A stretch of 64,000 bases of DNA from Enterobacter phage EC-F2. The stretch is taken from sequence record MN508624.2; one strand, written 5' to 3'. Positions 10,401 to 19,290 of the stretch are shown piece after piece (within the stretch, counting starts at the first letter, position 1; each line of letters opens with the position of its first letter). A program made the position numbers and the translations under genes. A model generated the notes under the pieces. It was not told the DNA's origin, did no database searches, and worked only from the letters and a program-made list of their open reading frames with translations.

Positions 10401-11106
10401 TACATGGCATGAAACTGTTCAGGGAACTACGTATCGCCTGGCAACTGGCACAACCGACACGACCGACGTTCTGACTGTTGGTGATGTATCTAACGGCACA
10501 ATGGCGTACTCCGGTACTACTCTGCGTCTGAATGGTAAAGCACTGGCTAACACGAACGCAACAGGTGATGTGACCATTGCAAGTGATGCAAGTCCTACGG
10601 TACAATTACGAACCGCTGCAACTAACGGTTGGAACGGTGTAACAATCAGTAATGATAACGGTGTGACTACTGCGACCGTGATCAACACCCGAAACTTTAC
10701 CCAGCATCTTGACAGTACCTATGTCAATACAGCGGGCGATACTATGACTGGTGCGCTGTCAGTTAGCGTAAACGGTACGGGTGGACGCTTTACCAGTGTG
10801 AGCGGTACGGCACATGTTCAGGCGGGTGATTTCTCTGGGAACGTCCAGAAAATGCGCTTAACTGGCATTGACGATAAGGTATTGACTGAGTTCAACATCA
10901 ATATCACCGATTACAACAAAGCGATGATCAACGGAAACCTGATTTATCATGCGGGTCGTCGTCCGACTCCTGCGGAAATCGGTGCTGTTGCGCTGGTGGG
11001 TTCAACCGTTGATACTCTGGTTGTTCGCGACTACATCAAAATCGGTAACGTGAAAATCTTCGCAAATCCAGTCACTAAGGCTTGTGAATTTGTGTGGGAG
11101 GAATAA
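7447..11106 (+). CDS. 34: long tail fibre proximal subunit
   Basis: 1219 aa; N-terminus MVAKSFRATSGLDAAGEKVINV...NTVQQYDSTRGY matches T4 gp34 N-terminus; internal ~30-aa phage tail fibre repeats; C-terminal IKIGNVKIFANPVTKACEFVWEE matches T4 gp34 C-terminus. Confidence 0.9.
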   Translation: MVAKSFRATSGLDAAGEKVINVGKASRSVLSDGVNVDFFNEFNTVQQYDSTRGYAAFMAIIYARRIWYARADIASPAGAFDETKWIATRNDPKWVYNNVTNPDGLPVESGTYMMCDGRFSELSYILPDSPIEGDIVTFKDGGGLAGVNSILVRSNTRQIRLRDIQSSSYRLTHPYMTVAFIFNGNLWRVAEMRDNRDSQFVNATGLLPFQMQAGMVTFRNSGTGKITLQLPKYANDGDSITTYDLDRLASVNVATLQVYPGSGHTISYDGINNVPSVTSQRSGYGIFMFDQANNRWVVYDGDQRVRLRRISDDLNMLPNDYVFITPIAVNPPTVRNVTLTLPQDVAEGDRVYISMYMMGKTQNCTIKVKDGSGEKIRTNKNMMQFPQRKDYPPDDWFSVDSLTFNADTDYLPYMELSYLKATKEWVVAQYRPIIERVDPTNRSRLGVIALATQAEVNKNWEDLPSDELAVTPRTLANKTATETRRGIARLATTAEVNQNTTATFLDDVIVTPKKLNERSATEDRRGVLEIATQAETNAGTDDTTAITPKKLDTRRATETLAGIGKLVTTGATTAEGALRGDAGTNVYNFNNGVDLITPKSLNEKTATEKSKGLVVLATENEVVTGAAAGSASMPIVVTPEMLHRKTSTETRIGLIEIATQTETNTGTDDLRAVTPKKLNDRKATESLDGIIALATTAEVAAGTVTNKAVVPVKLKEFFDVTSHVAVATADGLTQSGTIWTTINLGIASATETQRGTLRVATQGETDAGTLDNVVITPKKLQAKKATDTAEGIIRCATNAEAGAGTATNLAITPATMQFLNGTDPAWGATTTRRGAVFITTKSNTFIGDNLVGSTQPVDSYLEDFYAVSPRGLNFALQNFLPLNATAQNSLKLGGVVAASWMRRDADQTVTGNNTFNGTSNFVGNVTTNGTLTANAAVTVNNTVTTNNNINQSAKANTVYANTVLSTATAGTKNLLRTFRGGVTDTTWHETVQGTTYRLATGTTDTTDVLTVGDVSNGTMAYSGTTLRLNGKALANTNATGDVTIASDASPTVQLRTAATNGWNGVTISNDNGVTTATVINTRNFTQHLDSTYVNTAGDTMTGALSVSVNGTGGRFTSVSGTAHVQAGDFSGNVQKMRLTGIDDKVLTEFNINITDYNKAMINGNLIYHAGRRPTPAEIGAVALVGSTVDTLVVRDYIKIGNVKIFANPVTKACEFVWEE
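8755..9910 (+). repeat. about ten tandem phage-tail-fibre repeats (TPKKLn..AT(E/D)..G...LAT.AE) inside gp34
   Basis: Recurrent ITPKKLNERSATEDRRGVLEIATQAETNAG-type units in translation. Confidence 0.7.
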
Positions 11107-11111
11107 TTTAA

Positions 11112-12704
11112 ATGGCGAATAACGAATTTATGGCGTTATTCGGCCCTGATAGTTTCACGGCGAGTGTGTTTTCAGAAGCAAACGCCGTGAAATATCGCCT
11201 TGTTGTCCGTGGAACGAATAACGATTCTGCGGTCAACTCGGTTGAGGTATCTATTAACGGGGCTGATATTATTAACAGACGAACACAAGCTGCTCGCGGA
11301 ATTAACCTGGCTGTCATTGATGGAACAACTTTAGCATTATTGGATTACAAAGCATTCGATATGTATGGTGATCCTGCTACGAACGGGAATGCGATTAAAG
11401 ACTACCTGAATTCACTTCCAGCGAACAGAATTGTGTGTTTTTATACTTTCGATGCTATCAAAAGTGACGATAACTTTTTAGCAACAATGAGGAAAATAGG
11501 TTCTGTTGCGTGGCCTGAAACTCGGTTCTTTAATATCCCGATCACCACAACCAACTATTCTCACCGTTCATCCTATTCAGCTATCTATTCATCCACGATG
11601 AAAAAGATCTGTATGGAAAACTTTGTCGGTGGTTCTGGTAGTCTGAAAGACAATACAACGAGTTTTGTTGAAGTTGTGTTTGATGAATTCAGTGATATCG
11701 GGGTAACGGGTATTCCAGAAAGAATGGTTGATGATGTTCAGACATACCAGAACAGCGGGGATCTTTACGGCTTCCATACTTACGGGCTATGGTCAATTGG
11801 TAATGATGTTTATCTGGGTGATATCTTCAAATTCACTGGGGATTTGTATTGTTCTAAAGAACTCCGTGATGCTGGGGGAGAAGTTCACCTGTATATGTGG
11901 ACAGAAAACGGTAGCGGACAATGGATCACGTCATCCATTCTTCGAACAACCGGACTAGCCCCCGATCAGTGGCATTCGTTATCAGGATATTTCACCATCC
12001 CGACCGATCCGCTAAATGCTCGAATGGGTTCACAGGTATATCATTACCCGTCAACTGTTAAAGTCGGGCTGGCGCAATGTCGTAACGTCCAGATCACAAA
12101 AGTACCGCGTGAAGAAATAAACCGCAATGGTGCTGCTGTTGGTGTGAATGGTGTTAGAATGCAGACACTTTCCGAAGTGGATTCAAGCGGAAATGAAAAC
12201 CCGATTGATAAATTGCTTTCTCTGCCTGTTTCGCCTACTGGTGTTGTCAGTGATAAGAAAATCATTTCACATAACTTTGCTGAACTTGATTATATTGTTT
12301 CTGATCCGGTTGAATACACTTCAACCAGTACAACAGAATATCAGTTTAAAGAATGGACTGCTACCCAGCAAGCGGCGGTAACGAAAGCATCACTAAGCAG
12401 TTATGGCTTAAAAGCTGGTGATACGATCCGTATGCAATGCCAAATGAAACGCGATGCAAACGCAATCGCCAACAATAAAGGTGCATATATCGTAATGCAG
12501 TTCTGGGACGCGAATAATACGTATATTTCAGGGATCAACATGCGTGATGTTGGTACGATACCTAACGTATATTCATTCTATAAAAACGAAGGTGTTGTTC
12601 CTGCTGGGGCGGTTACTTTCGATTTCGGTTTATATCGTTATCCAAACAGCACAAACATCGGTACGGTATCCGCTAAAGACGTTAAACTGTCAATCGTGAG
12701 ATAA
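11112..12704 (+). CDS. tail fibre hinge connector, gp35-like (putative)
   Basis: 530 aa, position between gp34 and gp36-like gene, RBS GGAGG; assignment by synteny only. Confidence 0.5.
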   Translation: MANNEFMALFGPDSFTASVFSEANAVKYRLVVRGTNNDSAVNSVEVSINGADIINRRTQAARGINLAVIDGTTLALLDYKAFDMYGDPATNGNAIKDYLNSLPANRIVCFYTFDAIKSDDNFLATMRKIGSVAWPETRFFNIPITTTNYSHRSSYSAIYSSTMKKICMENFVGGSGSLKDNTTSFVEVVFDEFSDIGVTGIPERMVDDVQTYQNSGDLYGFHTYGLWSIGNDVYLGDIFKFTGDLYCSKELRDAGGEVHLYMWTENGSGQWITSSILRTTGLAPDQWHSLSGYFTIPTDPLNARMGSQVYHYPSTVKVGLAQCRNVQITKVPREEINRNGAAVGVNGVRMQTLSEVDSSGNENPIDKLLSLPVSPTGVVSDKKIISHNFAELDYIVSDPVEYTSTSTTEYQFKEWTATQQAAVTKASLSSYGLKAGDTIRMQCQMKRDANAIANNKGAYIVMQFWDANNTYISGINMRDVGTIPNVYSFYKNEGVVPAGAVTFDFGLYRYPNSTNIGTVSAKDVKLSIVR

Positions 12705-12727
12705 AGGGGCTTTCGCCCCTTTTTCAT
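12705..12727 (+). terminator. rho-independent terminator
   Basis: aaggggctttcgcccctttttc, followed by late-promoter-like cATAAATAc. Confidence 0.6.
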
Positions 12728-12755
12728 AAATACAGTCATTACAGGAGAAATTTTT

Positions 12756-14921
12756 ATGGCTGATTTGAAATTAGGTACAACGCTTGGTGGTGCGGGTATC
12801 TGGAGTGCTTCTAACCTTCCTCTATTGCCCTCTGGTGGACAATTAACGTATAAAGGCTGGAGAGTATACACAGAAAATGATCGACCAACAGCAGAAGATA
12901 TAAATGCCCTCTCGACGATTAACGGCGGGACTGTTGCAAAGAATACTACATTCAGTCAGAACGTGAATGTAGGGCAGGTGTTAACAGCAAATGATATTCT
13001 TTCTAATACTCGCGTACAAATTGCAAGAACAGGCGGTGCGGGTGCAAACTTAACATTTCGTCGTTATGACGTTACCGGAACCCCTTCTTCGGAAATTGGT
13101 ATCATGGATATCAACGTACACAACGGTTCAGGTCAGTTTGTTGGTGCATTTAACGTTAACGCACGTCCAGACGGCGGTAATAAAATATACTTCCGTGCAT
13201 ACAAAGATGGAACACAGAATACATTATTAACTATAGATTCTCAAACTCAACAGGTAACAGTTGAGCAAGGGTCTTTCCGTGTGATTGGGACTTCTGACCT
13301 CGGCGTGACGAACGCTGCATCAATGGCGGTTAGCGGTGCGGTAACTGCGAATACAGTAACCCCAGCAAATTGGGCTAACCATGATGAACGTTATATCACG
13401 GGTATTCCTCGCGGTATGTATGGAACAAGTTTCGGGGCTGCTGTTGTGACTGAAAAGAATGATGTTCTGACAGTAGGCGGTAACATCACCGACGGTCCAT
13501 ATGGTAACACTACGTATTACGGGCAGGTTGTCAACTATCGCCGTACACTGAATACTGGGGTTTCATTAGTTCAAACATACTTCGGGAACGAAATGTGGTT
13601 TCGTCTTGGATCAGGTTCTCCGGGTGCGTGGTCGTGGAACCAGGGTGATGCTAATGGCTGGCGACGTGTATACGATACGGTCACTCCACCAACTCCGGCA
13701 GAAGTGGGGGCAGTAAACAAAGCTGGTGATACCATGAGTGGTGTTTTAACCCTGGCGTCTACTGGTCAACCGCTTAAAACGCAAGGAGGCGGTATTTTTG
13801 CGAATGACGGAAACGTGTATATCAATAAAAGCGGATTTGCTGGATGGATTGATGCTTTATTCTTGAAAAATACAGGTGGTACTGTAACAGGAACAATTAA
13901 CCAGACAGGCGGGTATTTTGATACATCTACCGAAGGGAGAGGTTCATGGGCTTCACAAAACACCGCAAAAGCTCCAATTTTCCAAACCATTAACACAACA
14001 GCAACTTCCGAATACTGGCCTATTGTTAAACAGTATTACACACAAGCTGGTGGTGCTTGGTCTATGGGTACGTTGGTAAACACTAACCGATTTACCGTTC
14101 ATTACCGCACGAGTTCGGTAGATCGGCAGTGGTATTTTGACAATTCAGGTGAATTTGTATCATCTGGTGAAATTATTACCACCTCGGTAAACGGATTTCG
14201 TATCGCATATGGCAACACCGGATCATTTATTCGTAGTGACGGAAACAACACGTATTTCCTGTTGACAAATAGCGGTGATGTTTATGGTGGATATAACAAT
14301 TTGCGTCCGATTTATTACAGCAACACCACGGGTGCTGTTACAATGGGACATACGTTATCCGTTAATGGTCGTATTAGTCAATCTAGTAGTTATATCGACG
14401 ATGGACAATTATTGTTAAATGGTAGTGGTAGCGGACGTATAGATTTTATTCGCAGTGGTGCAAACCCTCGCGATATGACTATGTTCCATGCTGGTGATGC
14501 TTCTCGTGGAAACCGTATAGAACTTGCTGATACAACATCATATCTGGTTTATTTTGAGCGTCATCCGTCAAGTGGCATTCAGTTGGTAATGAACGGTAAT
14601 GGTAGTTTTAACGATGTATATATTCGTTCTGATGAAAGACTGAAAAGTAATTTCAGTAAGATTGAAAATGCATTGGATAAAGTTGATTTACTTGATGGTA
14701 TGGTGTACGACAAAGCAAATCATATTGGGGGTGAAGAAACTACCCGTGAGGCTGGTTTAGTCGCACAACAACTGCAAGAAGTATTACCGGAAGCCGTTAA
14801 GAAAGGTGTTGATGGTGAACAGAACGAGATCTTAACTGTTTCTTCTTCTGCTGTTATCGCCTTGCTGGTTAACGCGGTAAAAGAACTCCGTGAGGAAGTC
14901 AGGGAACTTAAATCCCGCTAA
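12756..14921 (+). CDS. distal long tail fibre protein with gp36-like N-terminus and C-terminal S74-type intramolecular chaperone
   Basis: 721 aa; N-terminus MADLKLGTTLGGAGIWSASNLPLLPSG matches T4 gp36 MADLKVGSTTGGSVIWHQGNFPLNPAG; C-terminal DVYIRSDERLKSN...AVKELREEVRELK is the auto-cleaving chaperone motif (SD-x-RLK) of endosialidase/T5 pb1 type. Confidence 0.8.
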   Translation: MADLKLGTTLGGAGIWSASNLPLLPSGGQLTYKGWRVYTENDRPTAEDINALSTINGGTVAKNTTFSQNVNVGQVLTANDILSNTRVQIARTGGAGANLTFRRYDVTGTPSSEIGIMDINVHNGSGQFVGAFNVNARPDGGNKIYFRAYKDGTQNTLLTIDSQTQQVTVEQGSFRVIGTSDLGVTNAASMAVSGAVTANTVTPANWANHDERYITGIPRGMYGTSFGAAVVTEKNDVLTVGGNITDGPYGNTTYYGQVVNYRRTLNTGVSLVQTYFGNEMWFRLGSGSPGAWSWNQGDANGWRRVYDTVTPPTPAEVGAVNKAGDTMSGVLTLASTGQPLKTQGGGIFANDGNVYINKSGFAGWIDALFLKNTGGTVTGTINQTGGYFDTSTEGRGSWASQNTAKAPIFQTINTTATSEYWPIVKQYYTQAGGAWSMGTLVNTNRFTVHYRTSSVDRQWYFDNSGEFVSSGEIITTSVNGFRIAYGNTGSFIRSDGNNTYFLLTNSGDVYGGYNNLRPIYYSNTTGAVTMGHTLSVNGRISQSSSYIDDGQLLLNGSGSGRIDFIRSGANPRDMTMFHAGDASRGNRIELADTTSYLVYFERHPSSGIQLVMNGNGSFNDVYIRSDERLKSNFSKIENALDKVDLLDGMVYDKANHIGGEETTREAGLVAQQLQEVLPEAVKKGVDGEQNEILTVSSSAVIALLVNAVKELREEVRELKSR

Positions 14922-14923
14922 TT

Positions 14924-14950
14924 AAAAGCCCTTCGGGGCTTTTTCTTTTT
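14924..14950 (+). terminator. rho-independent terminator
   Basis: aaagcccttcggggctttttctttttat. Confidence 0.65.
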
Positions 14951-14957
14951 ATAAATA
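14950..14957 (+). promoter_or_regulatory. T4-type late promoter TATAAATA
   Basis: Exact TATAAATA 27 nt before ATG 14984. Confidence 0.7.
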
Positions 14958-14983
14958 TCATAAAAGCATTTGAGGATCTAATA

Positions 14984-17197
14984 ATGGCAGATTTAAAAGC
15001 GGGTACTACCGTTGGCGGTAATACTATCTGGAGTCAGGCGAACTTGCCTTTGCTCCCTTCTGGAAACACAATCACATATAAAGGCTTTAAAATCTACACC
15101 GAAAACGATAAGCCAACAAAGGCAGAAATCGGATTAGGCAACGTAACGAACGATGCACAGGTGAAGAAAGCTGGCGACGATATGACCGGATCGTTGAACA
15201 TTACGGGCGCAAACAGTCAATTAACTGTTCCTTATCGTCTGTTGATGCAACGCGCGGTTGCTGGCGATCCGTATGTGTTATTTGTTCGTCCAGATAACAA
15301 CCCTGTATCAAACGGCTATCCGTCAAGCACTCTTCGAGTAATGACTATCACTGCACGTACCGCAACAACAGCAGATCCGGTTTCTGGTGCTAAACTGGCT
15401 AACGTATTAGCAGATCAGACAGCACAGGGTAACGGATCACTAACATTACAAGCATTTGCAGCCCCAAATACAACCACAGGCGCAAGCGGTGCGCGAACAG
15501 CAGAGATTTACCTAAACGGCAACGGTGAAATATCTTTTATCGGAAGTGGGCTGAACATTGGCATGACAACCAGGGTCAATGGTACTTTGTTTGGTACACA
15601 AATGGCAATCAAAGGAGATTCTAACCGAAATCTGTTCTTCCAGGATGCTGGTGGTAATGAACTCGGTTTGATCTATGCCGATACAGGAAAGAACTTATAT
15701 GTTCGTACTGGTGGCGGTGCATACGCAACCAGATTTGCATCTGATGGAACTTTAGTTCTCGCTAACCATCTAACTGTTCCTGGACAGGCTACATTTAATG
15801 GTCTGGGTGTGTTCAATAACCGTGCTTCTGTAGGCGTAGATTACGATTCACAAGGAACAAACTCAGCAATCCTTCGTATTGATACAAGCGGGGATGGAAA
15901 CGCAGTTGGTGATGGTGTTACTCACTTTGGATATAAAGACAGCAACGGACGATACAACCATTATTTCCGTGGTACTGGTTCGACTTTCATCAACACCAAA
16001 TTAGGTCTTAACGTAAACGTACCATCGTATTATAACGACGTTCCACAGGGCACACCAGCACAATATTTCTTGCCTACTGTTGGTCAGGGCGGGAAAAACT
16101 ATTTGCGTCAGTTCCGAGGCGGTAACGCGGACACAATCTGGCATGAAACTGTTCAGGGCGGTACTTATCGTTTAGCAACAGGTAGCACTGATGCGCAGGA
16201 AGAATTGCAGATCTCTACTGCTGGTTATATTCGAGGTCGTAACGAAATTCAATCGGCATCATGTGGTTCTGGTGGACAGTTCCGCGCGGTACAAGGAAAC
16301 TATGGATTCTTTATCCGAAATGATGGTGGTAACACCTATTTCATGCTTACTGAATCTGGAAACCCTTACGGCGCATGGGGTGATCTTCGCCCGTTGGTGA
16401 TTAGCAACGGCACTGGTACTGTGTCTATGAACAACGGTGTTAACGTTGGTGGTGGTTTGGATGTAAGCGGCGCTACTAAGTTCAGCAATGGTATCGGTTG
16501 TGGTACTCCAAACGGATTGGGCGCAAACGCGATATCACTAGGTGATACTGATACTGGTTTTGTTCAAGAAGGCGATGGTATTCTCAACGCTTATGCAAAC
16601 AGTCAACGAATCCAACGATGGACAACGGGGGCTACAGCAGTCTATAAGCAGTTGCAGGTTCAGGGTATTAACGGGCCAGCATTGCTTCTGAATAACACAG
16701 CAAGCAATCAGTCTGTATATATGCTGTTGCAATATGCAGGTAGTAACGCGGGTTATTTGGGTTTTGGTGGTTCTGATAATACCATGTCAATGCACAACTA
16801 TCAGACGAATACAACGATACAATTACGTACTTCCGATCTGTATATGAACCGTGCATTATATGGTGAAAGTACAGGCAACTTTACCGATGTGTATATTCGT
16901 TCGGATCGCCGTCTGAAATCAAATCTGGTTGAGATCAAAGACGCTCTGTTTAAAGTAGAACAGCTTACGGGCTATGTATACGATAAACAATCAAAAGACG
17001 CTGATGAAATTGTATATCACCGTGAATCGGGGTTGATTGCGCAAGATGTTCAGGAAGTATTGCCTGATGCAGTCAAAGAAGATCATAACTCAGGTATGCT
17101 TACGATTTCTCCTGCTGGCGTTAACGCGCTTCTGGTCAACGCAATTAACGAACTGCGCGAACGTCTGGAAGCAATCGAAAACAAATTAGGGGCTTAA
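14984..17197 (+). CDS. distal long tail fibre protein (gp37-like) with gp36-like N-terminus and C-terminal intramolecular chaperone
   Basis: 737 aa; paralog of the previous gene at both termini; internal NYLRQFRGGNADTIWHETVQGGTYRLATGSTD segment shared with gp34 C-region and T4 gp37; DVYIRSDRRLKSN chaperone motif. Confidence 0.8.
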   Translation: MADLKAGTTVGGNTIWSQANLPLLPSGNTITYKGFKIYTENDKPTKAEIGLGNVTNDAQVKKAGDDMTGSLNITGANSQLTVPYRLLMQRAVAGDPYVLFVRPDNNPVSNGYPSSTLRVMTITARTATTADPVSGAKLANVLADQTAQGNGSLTLQAFAAPNTTTGASGARTAEIYLNGNGEISFIGSGLNIGMTTRVNGTLFGTQMAIKGDSNRNLFFQDAGGNELGLIYADTGKNLYVRTGGGAYATRFASDGTLVLANHLTVPGQATFNGLGVFNNRASVGVDYDSQGTNSAILRIDTSGDGNAVGDGVTHFGYKDSNGRYNHYFRGTGSTFINTKLGLNVNVPSYYNDVPQGTPAQYFLPTVGQGGKNYLRQFRGGNADTIWHETVQGGTYRLATGSTDAQEELQISTAGYIRGRNEIQSASCGSGGQFRAVQGNYGFFIRNDGGNTYFMLTESGNPYGAWGDLRPLVISNGTGTVSMNNGVNVGGGLDVSGATKFSNGIGCGTPNGLGANAISLGDTDTGFVQEGDGILNAYANSQRIQRWTTGATAVYKQLQVQGINGPALLLNNTASNQSVYMLLQYAGSNAGYLGFGGSDNTMSMHNYQTNTTIQLRTSDLYMNRALYGESTGNFTDVYIRSDRRLKSNLVEIKDALFKVEQLTGYVYDKQSKDADEIVYHRESGLIAQDVQEVLPDAVKEDHNSGMLTISPAGVNALLVNAINELRERLEAIENKLGA

Positions 17198-17222
17198 TGC
17201 CCCTCTTTAAGAGGAATATTTT

Positions 17223-18035
17223 ATGGCTGTTGTAGGCGTACCTGGTTGGATCGGGTCTTCTGCTGTAAGCGAAACGGGTGAAAGATGGATGTCCGCTGCT
17301 GCGGGACAACTTCGATTATCTGCTGCTGGTTATATGTCACGATTTGCGGGGATCTCCCGCGAACAATCAATAACGATTTCCGCAAGCAACGCATACGCAT
17401 GGTCAACCCTGGTCAATCAGATTAAATCATTGGGTGTGTCCGGTGGTGCATTCAAAATTACTGTTGTCGGGAACATCGTTTCAAGCAGTGCTGGTGCTCC
17501 GTGCCTTAACTTCACATCTGATCTTGCGGGTGTTGATTATATTGAACTGATCATTAACTCTGGTGTAGGTGTTATGGGTCGTGGTGGTGCGGGTGGTGGT
17601 GATAACACAGGTGGCGCGTATTCATCCGGCGAAAATGGTGGTGTCGGTATTACTAACGCGATCGGAAACAAACTGCGAATAACGAACAATGGTTATATTG
17701 CGGGTGGTGGTGGTGGTGGTGGCCTGGTAAACATGCCAACTTCTACATCACGACGTGTACAGGTATCCGGTGGTGGTGGTCGACCTTTCGGTGCTGCTGG
17801 TACAGGTGGTTATGACGGTAACGGTACAGCGGCAACAATTTCCGCTCCTGGTTCCGGTGGTTCTTCGAGTCTATCACAAGCTGGTGCGGGTGGTAACTTA
17901 GGTGCGGCTGGTCAATATCCACCTAAAGCCGATGGTCGTCTGGAAGCTCAAGCGGCGGGTGCTGCGGGTGCTGCGGTTAACGGTAACGCGCCAACGTGGA
18001 GAACTGTAGGGACAATTTACGGTTCGAGAGTTTAA
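17223..18035 (+). CDS. 38: T2-type receptor-recognising adhesin gp38 with glycine-rich motifs
   Basis: 270 aa; MAVVGVPGWIGSSAVSETGERWMSAAAG matches T2 gp38 MAVVGIPGWIGTSAVAETGQRWM; polyglycine GRMs (GGGGGGG) separating variable segments. Confidence 0.85.
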   Translation: MAVVGVPGWIGSSAVSETGERWMSAAAGQLRLSAAGYMSRFAGISREQSITISASNAYAWSTLVNQIKSLGVSGGAFKITVVGNIVSSSAGAPCLNFTSDLAGVDYIELIINSGVGVMGRGGAGGGDNTGGAYSSGENGGVGITNAIGNKLRITNNGYIAGGGGGGGLVNMPTSTSRRVQVSGGGGRPFGAAGTGGYDGNGTAATISAPGSGGSSSLSQAGAGGNLGAAGQYPPKADGRLEAQAAGAAGAAVNGNAPTWRTVGTIYGSRV

Positions 18036-18088
18036 GTAAATTCCTAAATATAATCGGGGGTCGGCATCCCCGAACTTGAGGATTAAAC

Positions 18089-18733
18089 ATGGCGCTATTA
18101 CAAGATAAATTGGCGGTGCTTGAACGGGTAATATCGTTCATCATGGCGGTCAAAACATGGAAACAGTTATTCATTAAATTGGTTCTTATCGTCACTATTT
18201 TCATTATGTTCGTAACATGGTACAAGTGGGATGACTTATTTTCAGTCTGGAAAACATCTTCAAGCGTTATAGACGTGCCGACGATGGAGATTGAAAAGGC
18301 AAAAAAGTTTGAATCCGCATCCATCGAACAGTTAAACATAGTGCATTTAACTACGGGTGCGGATTTTTCGGCAATCTTTGGGTTCAGACCTAAGAATGTC
18401 AATTATTTTGTTGATATAATTGCGTATGAAGGGAAGTTACCGCAACAGATTAACCCGAAAAATCTGGGTGGCTATCCTATAGACAAGACATCGGAAGAGT
18501 ATAATAGACATATAAACGGGCTGTACTATATCTCAGATATTGCAAGCCCGTATCTTCCAACAAAAGACCTTGTTCCGGTAGCATATACCTTTAGTTGTCC
18601 TTATTTCAATCTAGAAAACTACTATTCTGGATCGATTCTAATGGAATGGTATATACAGAAGCCCGAAGTCACCGATACGAAGTTGATGATCGTGTGCAAT
18701 CAGGCCGCTAGAATTTTAGGCAGGGTTCGATGA
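18089..18733 (+). CDS. t: holin
   Basis: 214 aa, single N-terminal TM; ...FESASIEQLNIVHLTTGADFSAIFGFRPKNVNYFVDIIAYEGKLP...CPYFNLENYYSGSILMEWY...ICNQAARILGRV matches T4 gp t almost motif for motif. Confidence 0.9.
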   Translation: MALLQDKLAVLERVISFIMAVKTWKQLFIKLVLIVTIFIMFVTWYKWDDLFSVWKTSSSVIDVPTMEIEKAKKFESASIEQLNIVHLTTGADFSAIFGFRPKNVNYFVDIIAYEGKLPQQINPKNLGGYPIDKTSEEYNRHINGLYYISDIASPYLPTKDLVPVAYTFSCPYFNLENYYSGSILMEWYIQKPEVTDTKLMIVCNQAARILGRVR

Positions 18734-18991
18734 TAATTTCAGTTTCAAACCGCTTAAAGCCCGATTGATGAAATCTTTTACTTTCGTCATCTGGTTTTTA
18801 TCGTATATGTCCCATACGCGCATGAGTTCGTAAGGTGTCGGAACATATTCATCGTTCCAGTATCCAACATTACCTATCGTAATGCGCCGGAAACCAGCCT
18901 CTACGCTGTGATATACAAAGAACCCAGCCTTACCCACAGGGGCGACTTTAAAACCGCGTGTAGCGGCTTTCATGGCTTCGTCGTGTGTCAT
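18716..18991 (-). CDS. hypothetical protein (91 aa), syntenic position of asiA
   Basis: ORF convergent with t; no similarity to AsiA recognised. Confidence 0.4.
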   Translation of the reverse strand: MTHDEAMKAATRGFKVAPVGKAGFFVYHSVEAGFRRITIGNVGYWNDEYVPTPYELMRVWDIYDKNQMTKVKDFINRALSGLKLKLSSNPA

Positions 18992-19290
18992 GATAGAATC
19001 ACTTCGCCTCTGTATTGATTGTGATAGATGTATGGACGAACACCCAGTGGGTGATTATCTATGACTAAGATCAGGTCAAGTTCGTCGTGGTTATCATCTT
19101 CTGCAACTATATCCCAGTCGGTCGCTTTCTGTTCTTCAACACTGGCAATGAATACCTTGTTAATCTCAACCTTGCGGTGAGAACGTCGAATGATCGTATC
19201 CCCTTCACGGAACACGATCATATCTGGGTTAATTGGACGGTACGCGGTTTTACCCGCGCACACTTCGTTTAACATTTCTTCGTAAGTCAT
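18988..19290 (-). CDS. hypothetical protein (100 aa), syntenic position of arn
   Basis: Acidic protein, 4-nt overlaps both neighbours. Confidence 0.4.
   Translation of the reverse strand: MTYEEMLNEVCAGKTAYRPINPDMIVFREGDTIIRRSHRKVEINKVFIASVEEQKATDWDIVAEDDNHDELDLILVIDNHPLGVRPYIYHNQYRGEVILS

Noticed and set aside
10084-10605. 173-aa minus-strand ORF and several other minus ORFs inside gp34/fibre genes
   Set aside because: Antisense to late tail-fibre genes; Cys-rich artefact frames.
17701-17730. (GGT)n simple-sequence tract
   Set aside because: Encodes the polyglycine motif of gp38; functional coding low complexity, not a microsatellite or mobile element.
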